Below, piece by piece: positions 1-9,784 of a DNA stretch of 64,000 nt (its first letter is position 1; each line of letters begins with the position of its first letter). A program made the position numbers and the translations under genes. The stretch is from positions 3,296,001 to 3,360,000 of the forward strand of contig CAWIAD010000002.1 of NCBI GenBank assembly GCA_963833985.1, written 5' to 3'. This DNA is from an uncultured Planctomycetaceae bacterium (GTDB lineage: Bacteria > Planctomycetota > Planctomycetia > Isosphaerales > Isosphaeraceae). Under the pieces are notes generated by a model that did no database searches, was not told where the DNA came from, and saw nothing but the letters and a program-made list of their open reading frames with translations.

Positions 1-543
1 GATCATCGGGCCGACCCCGTAGTTACCCCGGTAGTTACACCCATGCGAACTGGGGGCCTGTGTGCCGTCGGAGGGGCACAGATAAACGGGGACGCTCACG
101 GCAAAGGCCGTCATGTTCTGCGGGAATGGGAAGCCGGGGCCATCGTCAGGGCCTTGGTCATCCGCGAACCGCTCGAAGTCGAAGTTGATTGAGGCGAAAA
201 GAGGCTGCTGCTCCAGGAAGGGAAGGAGCCTTGTCAGGGCAGAGTAAGGCCTGCCGCCGGTGACCCACGGCCTTCCCAGCTTGGGGTCAGTGCGCGGATC
301 TCCCCAGTTCAAGGGGAAGCATCCGCTGGAGGCCTCGTAGCTGTGTAGGGCCAGACCGATTTGCTTCAGGTTGTTCTCGCACTGAGTTCGTCGAGCGGCC
401 TCTCGAGATGCTTGCACGGCGGGGACCAGCAGAGCGGCCAGCAGTCCGACAATCGAGATGACGACCACGGTCTCGAGCAGGGTGAACCCACGCCGGTTGG
501 CCCGGGCGGCCGTTGCTCCAGGTACTTCCTGCGGCGATGTCAT
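1..543 (-). CDS. DUF1559 family prepilin-type N-methylation protein (cassette 1), runs off window start
   Basis: Manual translation from ATG 543 (GGAGG upstream): [69 protein letters not shown]; paralog of 8726..9784. Confidence 0.9.
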   Translation of the reverse strand, partial: MTSPQEVPGATAARANRRGFTLLETVVVISIVGLLAALLVPAVQASREAARRTQCENNLKQIGLALHSYEASSGCFPLNWGDPRTDPKLGRPWVTGGRPYSALTRLLPFLEQQPLFASINFDFERFADDQGPDDGPGFPFPQNMTAFAVSVPVYLCPSDGTQAPSSHGCNYRGNYGVGPMI

Positions 544-567
544 GGTCGGCTACCTCCGGATCTCGCC

Positions 568-1591
568 CTATTCGATGACAATAAGTGGTACCTTGACCTT
601 CGCTTGAGCTGGATGGTCCGTGGACAAGGTAATGGTACCCCTTGTTCCGCGGAGGACCGAAGTCGCCTTGAGGTGGACCGTCCGCGTGGTACCCGCACCG
701 GGCTCTACGGGCTGGACGCGAATGCCTGCGACATCGCAACCGAACCCTGTGATGTGGAAGGCAGTTTGGTCATGGGACCGAACTGCGATGCGACACTCGT
801 TCGAGGAAGGGTCCACAACTGCGACCTTGGGCGAGGTCGTGATCGTTGCCATCACGTCCCAGCACAACCCTCGTCGGCACACGACCTCACGATCCCTTTC
901 GAGGAGAACCTCGCCCCTCCGCTCACCCGGCTGGCCGCTGGTGTCGAGCCAGACTTCGAACCGTCGCGAGTCCTCGCGAAGCGTGTCGTCGAACACGCCG
1001 GTGTCCTTGTCCCCGATCCATTTCGTCTTCACATCTGAACGCAGAACCATGCCATCCAGGTCAAGAGGAGGATCGGATACTAACCCGTAGGCATAGGCGG
1101 TGAACTCGCATCTCCGCGGCTTCGAAGACGAAAGAAGTGTCAAGGCGCCAGCCTGGGAGCGTTCCTCGATCCGGACCGGAGGGTAAACCTCGGCAAGCGT
1201 CCTCAGCATGAGTTCCTCGGTACCAGGAGAGTCGGTGACCAAGAGCGTCTCGTGGACGAGCTGGCCGAACTGCCCACTGAGGGACAGCACGACCTTGACT
1301 GACGCCTCCTGGCGATCCGCCAGCACACTTCTGCTGAGGTTCACCGATCCGCAGCACGGCTTTCGGTTCACAACGTCGAGGATGCGGACCGTTCTTCCCG
1401 TGTTGTTTACTAAATTGTAGATGTGCTCAAGCGTGCGTCCTGGCCGGCCTATCACTGTCCCGAAATCGTGTGCCCGTGAATTCTGGTCGACCAGAAACGG
1501 GGGGGGGGGACGAGAGACTAACCCCTTTGTCACAGCCGATCACCGGCACGCTCGTTGTCAGCAGAGCGACGAAGAATTGATTTCGATTCAT
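568..1591 (-). CDS. DUF1573 (Ig-like) lipoprotein, cassette 1; out of frame at the C11 tract (1499-1509)
   Basis: ATG 1591 gives MNRNQFFVALLTTSVPVIGC (lipobox); body in ORF 568..1533 has HDFG...HIYNLVNNTGRTVRILDVVNRKPCCG; C10 would join the two. Confidence 0.8.
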
Positions 1592-1644
1592 GATCCGCTC
1601 CCCTTGTAACCTGACCACAAAAGGGGGCTTTCTCGCTCGTGGAG

Positions 1645-1673
1645 AGAATACGCTCGGCAATCAGTCTCGTCAA
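1645..1673 (-). promoter_or_regulatory. sigma70-type promoter of cassette 1
   Basis: TTGACG-N17-TATTCT on the minus strand upstream of ATG 1591. Confidence 0.55.
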
Positions 1674-1734
1674 TAAATTCATGCCCTGCTTAGCTCAGTT
1701 TCCGGGCGCATGCGTGCCCGCGAATAGATGCACT

Positions 1735-2039
1735 TGTGGGATCGCCGACCCGGCCTGGTCTACCACGTGGGCACGGGCCAGTCACGGTCGGTCGGCGAGG
1801 GTCTGGAGCACCTCATCCAGATGAGCGGCCGCCTGGTGCGGACCTGCATCGACCCCAGCCGGCATCATCGCAAGAGCCCCGTGGACTCCCGCGCCGACAT
1901 CAAACGCATCGCCACCCACACCGGCTGGACGCCCGCGATCCCGTTCGAACAGAGCCTGGCGGATCTGTGGGAGGAGCTTGCTCGCGATGGGTTCAGGGCC
2001 GATCCCGCGGCCGCGTCATTCCTGCCACTCACGGCGTGA
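1735..2039 (+). pseudogene. 3' fragment of an NAD-dependent sugar epimerase/dehydratase (Gmd/Rmd-like)
   Basis: PGLVYHVGTGQSRSVGEGLEHLI...ADIKRIATHTGWTPAIPFEQSLADLW is a typical extended-SDR C-terminus; no Rossmann N-terminus upstream. Confidence 0.75.
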
Positions 2040-2047
2040 AGGTCTGA

Positions 2048-3694
2048 TCACTGCCGTTCTTGATGCGTGACGATGGGAACATAGCCGTATTCCAGCCCCT
2101 TTGGCGGCGTCACGATGAGCGCGGGGTCAAGTGTCACGAGAGTGCCGCGGCTGGGCGGGGGCATGTAATCGCGGTCGATCGGCCAGCTTGCGTGGATCTT
2201 CTCCGCCAGAGCTTGCAACGCGGCCTTCCGGGCGTCGCTCCAGGCGTACTGCTGGAACGAGGGCTGGTCGACGAAGCGGTACCACGCGTACGTCACCACC
2301 GAACCGTCGCCGAGCCGCGCCTGGAATGGGCCTGTCCTGGGGCCTGGCCGGCTCCAGGCGCCGGCTGCCGGCGAGGTGTAAGGCGCACCTGGCCTGGCAC
2401 CCGGGAACTGGCGGGCCTGGAGCAGAGTCTCCGCCGGCACCTTCGCCGCGGGCACGGCCACGCGGCGCTGGCCGATCTGCCGGAAGTACTCCGGGAAAAC
2501 GCCCCTCGGGCTGAGATCGCTCGGGAACCATTGCAGGCCCCACACGTTGCCCTCGAAGACCCGGGTGTCGAAGACCTTCTCGACATCCGCCAGCGCCTTG
2601 CCATCCTGGTCGTAGCGCGTCGTGTGCGTGGTCAGTGAGGACTTCCATGCGCCCTTCGCGTCGAATCGGCCCGATGCGGGCGGACCGCCGTCGCGCCATG
2701 CCCTGAACGAGTCGAAGAGCGCGGCCCTGGAGTAATAGGTCACGTCCTGGACGAGATACGTGCGCCCCTGGCCATCGACCGGGAAATGCAGCCGGGGGAT
2801 CTTCGAGTACACCTCGCCGCGTTCATCGGTGCTGTCGAACCTCGGCACCGTGTTGATCTCCATGGCGCCTCCGCCCATGATGCCCGGCCGCGCATCGAGC
2901 CCGCGTCCATGGAGAAAGGGATCGTGGAAGAGCTTGCCGATCTTGCTCCAGGTCTCGGGAATGTAATAGGCGATCGGCCCCTTGAAATTGGCCGTGCTCA
3001 GGAAGCAGGTCCAGCTCTGGTCGCCCGTGGGCGGATCGCCCGTCGTGGCAGCGGTGAACGGCAAGGCCATCCAGGTATAGCCCAGAAACTCGCCATCGGG
3101 ATGGCCCTGAAACGGCAGGGCGTCCGGCGGAATCAGCAGCCGGTTGCTGAGCTGCGCGATTCCCAGCCGCTGATCGGGCAGCGCCTCGTTGCTGTAGAAG
3201 AACGACCACCCGGGCGAGCCGATCTCGTAGTCGTAGCACTGCGGGGTCGCGTTCATGCTGAACTTGGGCGGGCCGTAACGGAAATGGTTGCCCGCCCAGT
3301 AGCCCAGCCCGCCTTCCACCGTCTGAAACACGCTATCCCAGGTCGGCCCCCGTTCCTTCCAGGTCCGCGCCAGCGTGCCCACCGGAGCGAGCGGGTGGTC
3401 CTTGTTGTCCGAGTTGTCGGGCGTGATCCAGGCGCTGGCCAGGCCGATCTGGAAATCGGCGATCGGCTCCTCGATGAGCGGCCAGACCGCCGAGTAAAAA
3501 CCCATCCCCGCACTGAACTCCGATTGCGCCGGCGGACGCGACGCCGTGAATCCGATGTATCCATGAAGCCCGTTCGAGTGCAGGCGCACCGTCCCGCTCG
3601 GCGCCTCAGCAGCCTGCCTGGAATCCTGCGCCAGGCACGTTGAAGCTAGCAGCGCTGTGATCACGAGAAAGTGGCCCGGTCGGAGTTCCGTCAT
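2048..3694 (-). CDS. Secreted hypothetical protein (about 548 aa)
   Basis: Long ORF; signal-peptide-like start MTELRPGHFLVITALLASTCLAQD; aromatic-rich globular body; no family recognised. Confidence 0.75.
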   Translation of the reverse strand: MTELRPGHFLVITALLASTCLAQDSRQAAEAPSGTVRLHSNGLHGYIGFTASRPPAQSEFSAGMGFYSAVWPLIEEPIADFQIGLASAWITPDNSDNKDHPLAPVGTLARTWKERGPTWDSVFQTVEGGLGYWAGNHFRYGPPKFSMNATPQCYDYEIGSPGWSFFYSNEALPDQRLGIAQLSNRLLIPPDALPFQGHPDGEFLGYTWMALPFTAATTGDPPTGDQSWTCFLSTANFKGPIAYYIPETWSKIGKLFHDPFLHGRGLDARPGIMGGGAMEINTVPRFDSTDERGEVYSKIPRLHFPVDGQGRTYLVQDVTYYSRAALFDSFRAWRDGGPPASGRFDAKGAWKSSLTTHTTRYDQDGKALADVEKVFDTRVFEGNVWGLQWFPSDLSPRGVFPEYFRQIGQRRVAVPAAKVPAETLLQARQFPGARPGAPYTSPAAGAWSRPGPRTGPFQARLGDGSVVTYAWYRFVDQPSFQQYAWSDARKAALQALAEKIHASWPIDRDYMPPPSRGTLVTLDPALIVTPPKGLEYGYVPIVTHQERQ

Positions 3695-4080
3695 GATTCG
3701 TCTTGCTTGTGAGAGTATGGACAGCCCGCGATGGGCCGATGGCTGCAACGCCCCGGCCCGAGGTCGCGATATGAGCCTCCGGCAGGAACGCCTTCGCCGG
3801 CTGCCCTGTCGCTCGCGCATGATTCCAGCAGGTCCCCGAGGCAGGATCAAGCCACCGGTGCGCGGAACCAGACCAGGCGCGGGTGCCGCACCGGGGAACG
3901 TCCAGAAGGCCAGGATGCTCGGGGAGCGAGCACTTTTGATCGTCATGGGCCAGGAGGTTGTTCGCGGACGGCCCTTGCGGGGTGGTCACCGACCCGATAG
4001 GAAAGGGGCAGAGCAAGAGGCTCCGATGACGAGCCGTCGCGAGCGATTCCTCCCCTGACTTCGTGAAACAGGAAGCCTCC

Positions 4081-5010
4081 ATGCCAAGAAACCTCTGCCC
4101 ACTCGTGTGTATCGTGCTGGCCGGCCCGTGGTTCGTACCGGGCGTGGCGCTCGCCGACGAGCCGGCATTCGACCGCACGGAGGATGTCGTCTACGGCCGG
4201 GTCGACGGCACCTCCCTGACGCTCGACGTGTTCCGGCCACGCCGCCCCAACGGCCTCGGCATTGTCCAGGTGGTCAGCGGCGGGTACATCTCGGCGCACC
4301 AGATGATCCGGCCCGAGTCCTTCCGGGTGTTGCTGGACCGGGGCTACACGGTCTTCGCCGTCGTGCCTGGCAGCCAGCCGCGCTTTCAGGTGCCCGAGAT
4401 CCAGAGCCACGTCAACCGCGCCGTCCGGTTCATCCGGCACAACGCCCGGACCTACGGCGTCGACCCGGGCCGCATCGGCATCACCGGAGGTTCGGCGGGC
4501 GGCAACCTCGCGCTGCTGGTGGCCATGGCCGGGGACGACGGCGACAAGAAGGCCAGGGACCCGGTCGACCGCGAGCCGAGCCGGGTGCAGGCGGCCGCGG
4601 TCTTCTTCCCGCTTACCGACCTGCTGAACTGGGGCAAGCCGGGCGAAGAGCATATCGGCGTGAACGGCCACCCGACACCATTCAAGGCGGCGTTCGACTA
4701 CCGGGCGCTGGACCGCGCATCGGGAACCATGGAGCGGGTCACCGACCCGGCGAAGCTGCGCGCCATCACACGGGCCATCTCGCCGATCTACGCCGTGAGC
4801 CCGGACGACCCGCCCATCCTGCTGATGCACGGCGACAAGGACGGGCTGGTTCCACTCCAGCAGTCCAGGACCTTCCTCGCGGCCTTGCAGAAGGCCGGGG
4901 TCGAGGCAAGGCTGGACGTCAAGGAGGGAGGCAACCACGGCTGGCCCGGGATGGAGAAGGATATGGAGCGGTTCGCGGACTGGTTCGACAGGTACCTCAA
5001 GAAGAACTGA
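4081..5010 (+). CDS. Secreted alpha/beta hydrolase (esterase/lipase)
   Basis: Signal peptide, GGSAGG nucleophile elbow, HGDKDGLVP, GGNHGW. Confidence 0.9.
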   Translation: MPRNLCPLVCIVLAGPWFVPGVALADEPAFDRTEDVVYGRVDGTSLTLDVFRPRRPNGLGIVQVVSGGYISAHQMIRPESFRVLLDRGYTVFAVVPGSQPRFQVPEIQSHVNRAVRFIRHNARTYGVDPGRIGITGGSAGGNLALLVAMAGDDGDKKARDPVDREPSRVQAAAVFFPLTDLLNWGKPGEEHIGVNGHPTPFKAAFDYRALDRASGTMERVTDPAKLRAITRAISPIYAVSPDDPPILLMHGDKDGLVPLQQSRTFLAALQKAGVEARLDVKEGGNHGWPGMEKDMERFADWFDRYLKKN

Positions 5011-5124
5011 GTCTGGATCTCCGCGCAACTTCCATGCAGTAATGAACAAACTCTCAGAGGCGCACCTCCCTGCCCAGGCCCGGGCCGTCGCGCCGGCGCA
5101 CGGGCAGGCGAGAAGGAGGAAACG

Positions 5125-5997
5125 ATGATGATCCGAGTGATTCGCTGGCCGCTGGCCATCCTGATCATGACGGCGAGCGGCGCCGCCCTGGCCCAGGCGC
5201 CCGGCGCGGGCTCGTCGACCTCGCCGCGGGAGGCCCCGGAGGAGATCCCGCTGTACCCCGGCGTGGCCCCGGGCTCGGAGAAATGGGACTGGTCCGAGCG
5301 GTCAGTCACCACGCCGTCGGGCCAGCCCGTCGTGACGGACGTTGTGCGGCCCGCGCTGCTGCGCTTCCCGGCCGAGATGGACAAGGAAGTGGGCGCGGCC
5401 ATGATCGTCGCGCCGGGCGGCGGGTTCCGCGCACTGATGATGAGCTACGAGGGCGTGGACATCGCCCGCCGGCTGAACGCAATGGGCATCGAAGCGTTCG
5501 TCCTGAAGTACCGGCTCATCCACAATCCCGGGCCAGGCACCCCGGGCGGCCAGGCCCGGCAGGACGCGATCAAGCTGGCGGCCGACGATGGCAGGCAGGC
5601 CGTGCGGCTGGTGCGCAATAGTGCACCCAAGTTCGGGTACCGGCCAGAACGGGTCGGCATGATCGGCTTCTCGGCTGGCGGCATGGTCACATCGGACGCC
5701 CTCTTCGGCCCGGCGGAGACGCGCCCGGACTTCGCGGCGATCATCTACGGCGCCCGTGAGGTCAAGGAGGTTCCGAACCCCGCGCCTCCGCTCTTCCTGG
5801 CGGTTGCGGCCGATGACGCGATGGCGGTCGGCCGGACGGTTGACATGTTCACTGCCTATCGCAAGGGAAACGGCCTGGCCGAGCTGCACGTCTTCCAGAT
5901 GGGAGGGCACGGCTTTTCCAGGAAAGGTGGCGGCGCAGACCACTTCATGGACCGCCTGGAGGAGTGGCTCGCGGCCAACAAGCTGCTGTCCCAGTAG
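5125..5997 (+). CDS. Secreted alpha/beta hydrolase (esterase)
   Basis: Signal peptide, PGGGF, GFSAGG, ELHVFQMGGHGF; AGGAGG RBS. Confidence 0.9.
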   Translation: MMIRVIRWPLAILIMTASGAALAQAPGAGSSTSPREAPEEIPLYPGVAPGSEKWDWSERSVTTPSGQPVVTDVVRPALLRFPAEMDKEVGAAMIVAPGGGFRALMMSYEGVDIARRLNAMGIEAFVLKYRLIHNPGPGTPGGQARQDAIKLAADDGRQAVRLVRNSAPKFGYRPERVGMIGFSAGGMVTSDALFGPAETRPDFAAIIYGAREVKEVPNPAPPLFLAVAADDAMAVGRTVDMFTAYRKGNGLAELHVFQMGGHGFSRKGGGADHFMDRLEEWLAANKLLSQ

Positions 5998-6053
5998 CGT
6001 GACAAGGCCCTGCCAGCGTCGCTCGCTTCGGGGAATCCGCTCATCGGTTGCCA

Positions 6054-6392
6054 TTGACGGCCTAACCTGACCTCTTATCATCCGGTGCGCGGCCTGCGAT
6101 TGCGCCGCGCGTGGAGTGATCTCTAGGGGATTGTCCCGGGACGCCGTGGGGCGGGTGCAACCTGCCGCATTCAAGCTCTGGCCACAAAGTGGGTTGTGCT
6201 GCGTCTTACCCACACTGCAAGAGGCCGGTTATAAGCAATCCTGGAACGATCTCTCCATTCCATCAAGCTTATCGTTCTGGCCCAGGGTCAAGGAGGATCG
6301 GGATGGCCGGACGGCGATTCCTGGTTGCGGCCGTGGTGCTGTCGGCACCCCTGCATGCCCTCTCGATTTCTCGTTCGCTCTTGCCGGCCTAA
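6054..6392 (+). pseudogene. Diverged duplicate of the promoter, RBS and first 29 codons of the GT-C gene at 11200
   Basis: TTGACG-N16-TATCAT (6054-6081) versus TTGACG-N16-TATAAT (11082-11109); 6303-6392 encodes MAGRRFLVAAVVLSAPLHALSISRSLLPA*, 24/29 identical to the 11200 N-terminus. Confidence 0.85.
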
Positions 6393-6439
6393 GGTAAAAA
6401 GAGGCTTCAGAGAGGGGGCCTAACGACGGACCCGAAGGA

Positions 6440-6982
6440 TTACCGAGGCGCAAGTAGGACCGCCCCGAGGGTCGCCATAAGAGTCACCGTGGCGATTCGC
6501 TTTAGCGACCCGGAGGCGGGGACGAGAGCGCGGCCCGTCCAGACAGGCGATCTAGAGAGTTGCTCAAAATCGATGATCCGCGGAGCATACGGAGGATCGA
6601 GCATCTGCACCATCGTCTCGGTCGTGCCAACGGGACGAAGGACCGCGAAATGACCCCGGCGATTGTCCGCGAGGTGAATGATTGCGGGACGCCCACGGAG
6701 CGCCCTGCACGTTTCAAGGCGGATCCCGTCGAGCCGATCGCCAAGACGGCGCGCAGTCTCAGCAAGCTCAGACATGGAGTAGCCTGAGGAGCCACGGGCT
6801 GGTAGGGCCGCGTCAAGTTGATCGAGCGACACCGACCGGCCCTGGAGTTGAAGGAGCAAAAAAAGCGCCGGCGACCCGCAGTCGAGCACGTGCGTGTTGT
6901 CAGCCTGCTCAGCATGCGTCTGGCCGGCCCAGCAAACACCGAGGGCAAGGATGATGCAGGCGATCAGGTGACGAGCTGGCAT
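6440..6982 (-). CDS. Stand-alone exported C39-family cysteine peptidase with C-terminal hydrophobic anchor
   Basis: Signal peptide MPARHLIACIILALGVCWAGQTHA; DCG (catalytic Cys), GYSMSEL, GHFAVL (His), MLDPP (Asp), WTGRAL. Confidence 0.85.
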   Translation of the reverse strand: MPARHLIACIILALGVCWAGQTHAEQADNTHVLDCGSPALFLLLQLQGRSVSLDQLDAALPARGSSGYSMSELAETARRLGDRLDGIRLETCRALRGRPAIIHLADNRRGHFAVLRPVGTTETMVQMLDPPYAPRIIDFEQLSRSPVWTGRALVPASGSLKRIATVTLMATLGAVLLAPR

Positions 6983-7038
6983 GAGGCACCGCTTGAAAGG
7001 GAAAGCGAAATGGACGTGTCGTTCGTCCGTGTGTTTCC

Positions 7039-8148
7039 CTAGCGCCCGTAGCGTTGACGCCAGAGAAGCAGAAGAGACGCCAGCACGATCGCGCCGAAGC
7101 CCCAGGGAAGCCACGCGATCCAGCTCTGGCCCGGGGCGGGAGGGGCAGCGGTAAGCTCCGAAACCTGCTGCTGGGCTTCGGCGAGATGTTGCTTCAGCAT
7201 GGCCTCGGCTTCGGCCTTGCTCGGTTTGAGATCGATCTTCTGCTGTCCAAACGCGTAAGCGATCTGTCGCAGATGGTCGGAGATCGGCGTGCCGGGCTTG
7301 TGCTTCATGGTGAATGTCTCGCGGCCCGGATGCCGGTTGAACTGAATGGCGCCGTCCGCTATGTAGGTCGAGATCAGTACCGTCGGCGTTTTCGAGATTG
7401 GATGGGCCATGTCGGTCCCGTCGGCATAGCCGGCTTTTTCGCCTGAAACGGGCATCCAGACGGTCTTGCCTCCAACGTGAAACGACTTCAGCTCGACGTC
7501 GAGCCGAAACGCCAGCGCGCCGCCGACGCCGTAGCCTTCCTGACGCACGACCTGACCGCTCCTGCGCAAGTCGATCCAATAGCGGAAGATCGGGATGTCT
7601 GGCCTACCACGGAGCGACTGCGACAGGACCTTCAGCTTACGCCCATCCACGGTCTCCTCGGAGACAACGGCGTTATGACCGTCGGGATCGACATCTCTTC
7701 GGAGCTTATCAAGCAAGAAGATCGTTCCGTAGCCGTCCGTGTTCCAGGAGTTGGCGTGGTCCGGCTTCTCGATCACCGAATAGCCGATCGGGGCATCGTT
7801 GTTGCGAAAATACCGCTCGGCCTGGTTCTCGTGCGGCCGAACCACGAGAGTCTCGCGTTCGATCGTCGCGTTGCTGGCGAGCATGTGATAGCACTCGACG
7901 CGGGTATCGCCTCCGCGACTCCAAACAAACCTCCCGCTGAACGACTGGTAGAGACCGTCCGGCCCGAGCTTCTGAACCTTGTCAACGGACCCTTTGTGGC
8001 GTACGCTTCCCTCGAACTCGCAGGTGAAATCTTCGATCGGCTGCTGAAGTGACTCCATCATGTCCAACAGAAGCCGCGGGTCTGTGTCCGGGGTGCCATT
8101 GCCCATCCCCGCGCAGGTGAGGAACAGGCACAGGGAAAGAGCCATCAT
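7039..8148 (-). CDS. Exported protein with C-terminal membrane anchor (possibly LolA-like fold)
   Basis: N-terminal hydrophobic signal; C-terminal WIAWLPWGFGAIVLASLLLLWRQRYGR (TM plus basic tail); beta-rich core (FRYWIDLRRSGQVVRQE). Fold is inference. Confidence 0.7.
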   Translation of the reverse strand: MMALSLCLFLTCAGMGNGTPDTDPRLLLDMMESLQQPIEDFTCEFEGSVRHKGSVDKVQKLGPDGLYQSFSGRFVWSRGGDTRVECYHMLASNATIERETLVVRPHENQAERYFRNNDAPIGYSVIEKPDHANSWNTDGYGTIFLLDKLRRDVDPDGHNAVVSEETVDGRKLKVLSQSLRGRPDIPIFRYWIDLRRSGQVVRQEGYGVGGALAFRLDVELKSFHVGGKTVWMPVSGEKAGYADGTDMAHPISKTPTVLISTYIADGAIQFNRHPGRETFTMKHKPGTPISDHLRQIAYAFGQQKIDLKPSKAEAEAMLKQHLAEAQQQVSELTAAPPAPGQSWIAWLPWGFGAIVLASLLLLWRQRYGR

Positions 8149-8217
8149 GGGAAAGCTCCACCGGGTTCGGGACGACGAACCCGGAATATGAATTGTCACC
8201 CTCTTGTGCGATACGCG

Positions 8218-8640
8218 TCACGGCTGGACAGTCGGTGAACTTGGCGGAGGAACACACGCCTTGTTCATATTAACCAGTTGATCGCAGTAAAGCTGGTTGT
8301 TCGCGTTGTTGTTACAGAGCCCGATCCAGTTCTGCCCGCATTGACCTACACCCACGCCCTTGTTGTACCCAGCACCCGCACCGATGACGACCGTGTAACC
8401 GTAGACCGCGCACGTTGCGCAGCCTTGCCCCAACTTCTGGCACGCCGGGATTCCCGACAGCTGAATGCACGTCAGTGAATTCAGTGCATTGCCCTGGTTG
8501 TTTCCACGGGAAGCATCGAGGTCCAACGGGCTGAGAGACGTGTCTCCCGCCCCTGTCGCGAAGATTGTCGCGGATCCAGCCAGAAGCGCTACGGCCAAGA
8601 CTCCGGAAGACCATGTCCGACAAACCGGTAAGAGCCTCAT
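8218..8640 (-). CDS. Small secreted Cys/Gly/Asn-rich peptide (140 aa), candidate C39 substrate
   Basis: AAAGGGAGG RBS before ATG 8640; signal peptide, then LSPLDLDASRG, then core with 8 Cys. Confidence 0.8.
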   Translation of the reverse strand: MRLLPVCRTWSSGVLAVALLAGSATIFATGAGDTSLSPLDLDASRGNNQGNALNSLTCIQLSGIPACQKLGQGCATCAVYGYTVVIGAGAGYNKGVGVGQCGQNWIGLCNNNANNQLYCDQLVNMNKACVPPPSSPTVQP

Positions 8641-8725
8641 TCGAGCCTCCCTTTCACGATGACGAGACACACAGCACACAGGAACCCCACCGCGCCGTCT
8701 GTAGCGAAAGGCATGCGACCGGCCA

Positions 8726-9784
8726 TTACTCCACCAGCTCACCGCCGTTCCTGGTGCCCAGCGCCCTCCAAACGGCTCGTACTGTGGTCCCGCTGACAAA
8801 CCGCACGGAGCCATCGGCCATGAGACAGTTCACGCCGCCGGGATGATGGCTTCTTGCGGTGGAAACCCCATCCCAGGTCGCGTTACCGAGCAGTGCATCG
8901 GGGATCTTGCCATTGGGCTCCTGTGCGTGGTTGTACGCTGCGCACTCGAAATCGCCATAAAACCAGGTGAAGCCGCTCATCCGGTAGGTCGGAAAATTCT
9001 GGATCGCGGCTAACTGGCAGCAGGCCAAAGCGTAGTCCGCATCCCGGTCGGCGCAGTATTTCTCGACCTGGATGAATCCGTAGTCGCGGTCGAGGGCAAG
9101 ACCGTAATCGACGCCCGTGCCCACTGGGCGCTCACTGTAGGCGGCGGTGTGGGAAAGGCCATCCGGGAATGATTGCGGACCAAACACGACCCCTCCCGAG
9201 TAGAACCCGTTGCCGCTGTCATAGGTCTGCTGGTTTGTCGCGACACTCGGCCCCACGCCGAAATTCCCCCGGTAGTTGCAGCCGTGGGCGCTGAGGGGGC
9301 TGAGGCCGTCGCTCGGGCAGAGATAGGTCGAAACCTGGACGGCGAACGCCGTCACGTTCTGCGGGAACGGAAAACTGGGGCCGTCCTCGGGCATATTGGG
9401 ATCCGCGAAGGTCTCCATCTCGAAGTTGATCGAGGCGTAGAGCGGCTGTTGCTCGAGCTGCGGGAGAATCCTGGTGAGCGCCGAGTAGGGCCGCCCTCCG
9501 GTGTAGAATGGATGTCTAAGCACTGGATCCTCGCGAGGAGTTCCCCAGTTCAGGGGGAAGCAACGGTTCGACTCTTCATAGGCGTGCAGCGCCAGGCCGA
9601 TCTGCTTCAGATTATTCTCGCACTGGGCACGGCGGGCTGCCTCACGCGACGACTGCACGGCGGGAAGCAGCAGGGCGACGAGCAGGCCGATGACCGAGAC
9701 GACGACCATCGTTTCGATGAGTGTCATACCGGACGCGTGGGCATGCGCTGAAGGCAAACGAAGAACCCTCGAAGGCGGCTTCAT
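8726..9784 (-). CDS. DUF1559 prepilin-type N-methylation / H-X9-DG-CTERM protein (cassette 2)
   Basis: [49 protein letters not shown] and ARSHHPGGVNCLMADGSVRFV. Confidence 0.95.
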   Translation of the reverse strand: MKPPSRVLRLPSAHAHASGMTLIETMVVVSVIGLLVALLLPAVQSSREAARRAQCENNLKQIGLALHAYEESNRCFPLNWGTPREDPVLRHPFYTGGRPYSALTRILPQLEQQPLYASINFEMETFADPNMPEDGPSFPFPQNVTAFAVQVSTYLCPSDGLSPLSAHGCNYRGNFGVGPSVATNQQTYDSGNGFYSGGVVFGPQSFPDGLSHTAAYSERPVGTGVDYGLALDRDYGFIQVEKYCADRDADYALACCQLAAIQNFPTYRMSGFTWFYGDFECAAYNHAQEPNGKIPDALLGNATWDGVSTARSHHPGGVNCLMADGSVRFVSGTTVRAVWRALGTRNGGELVE

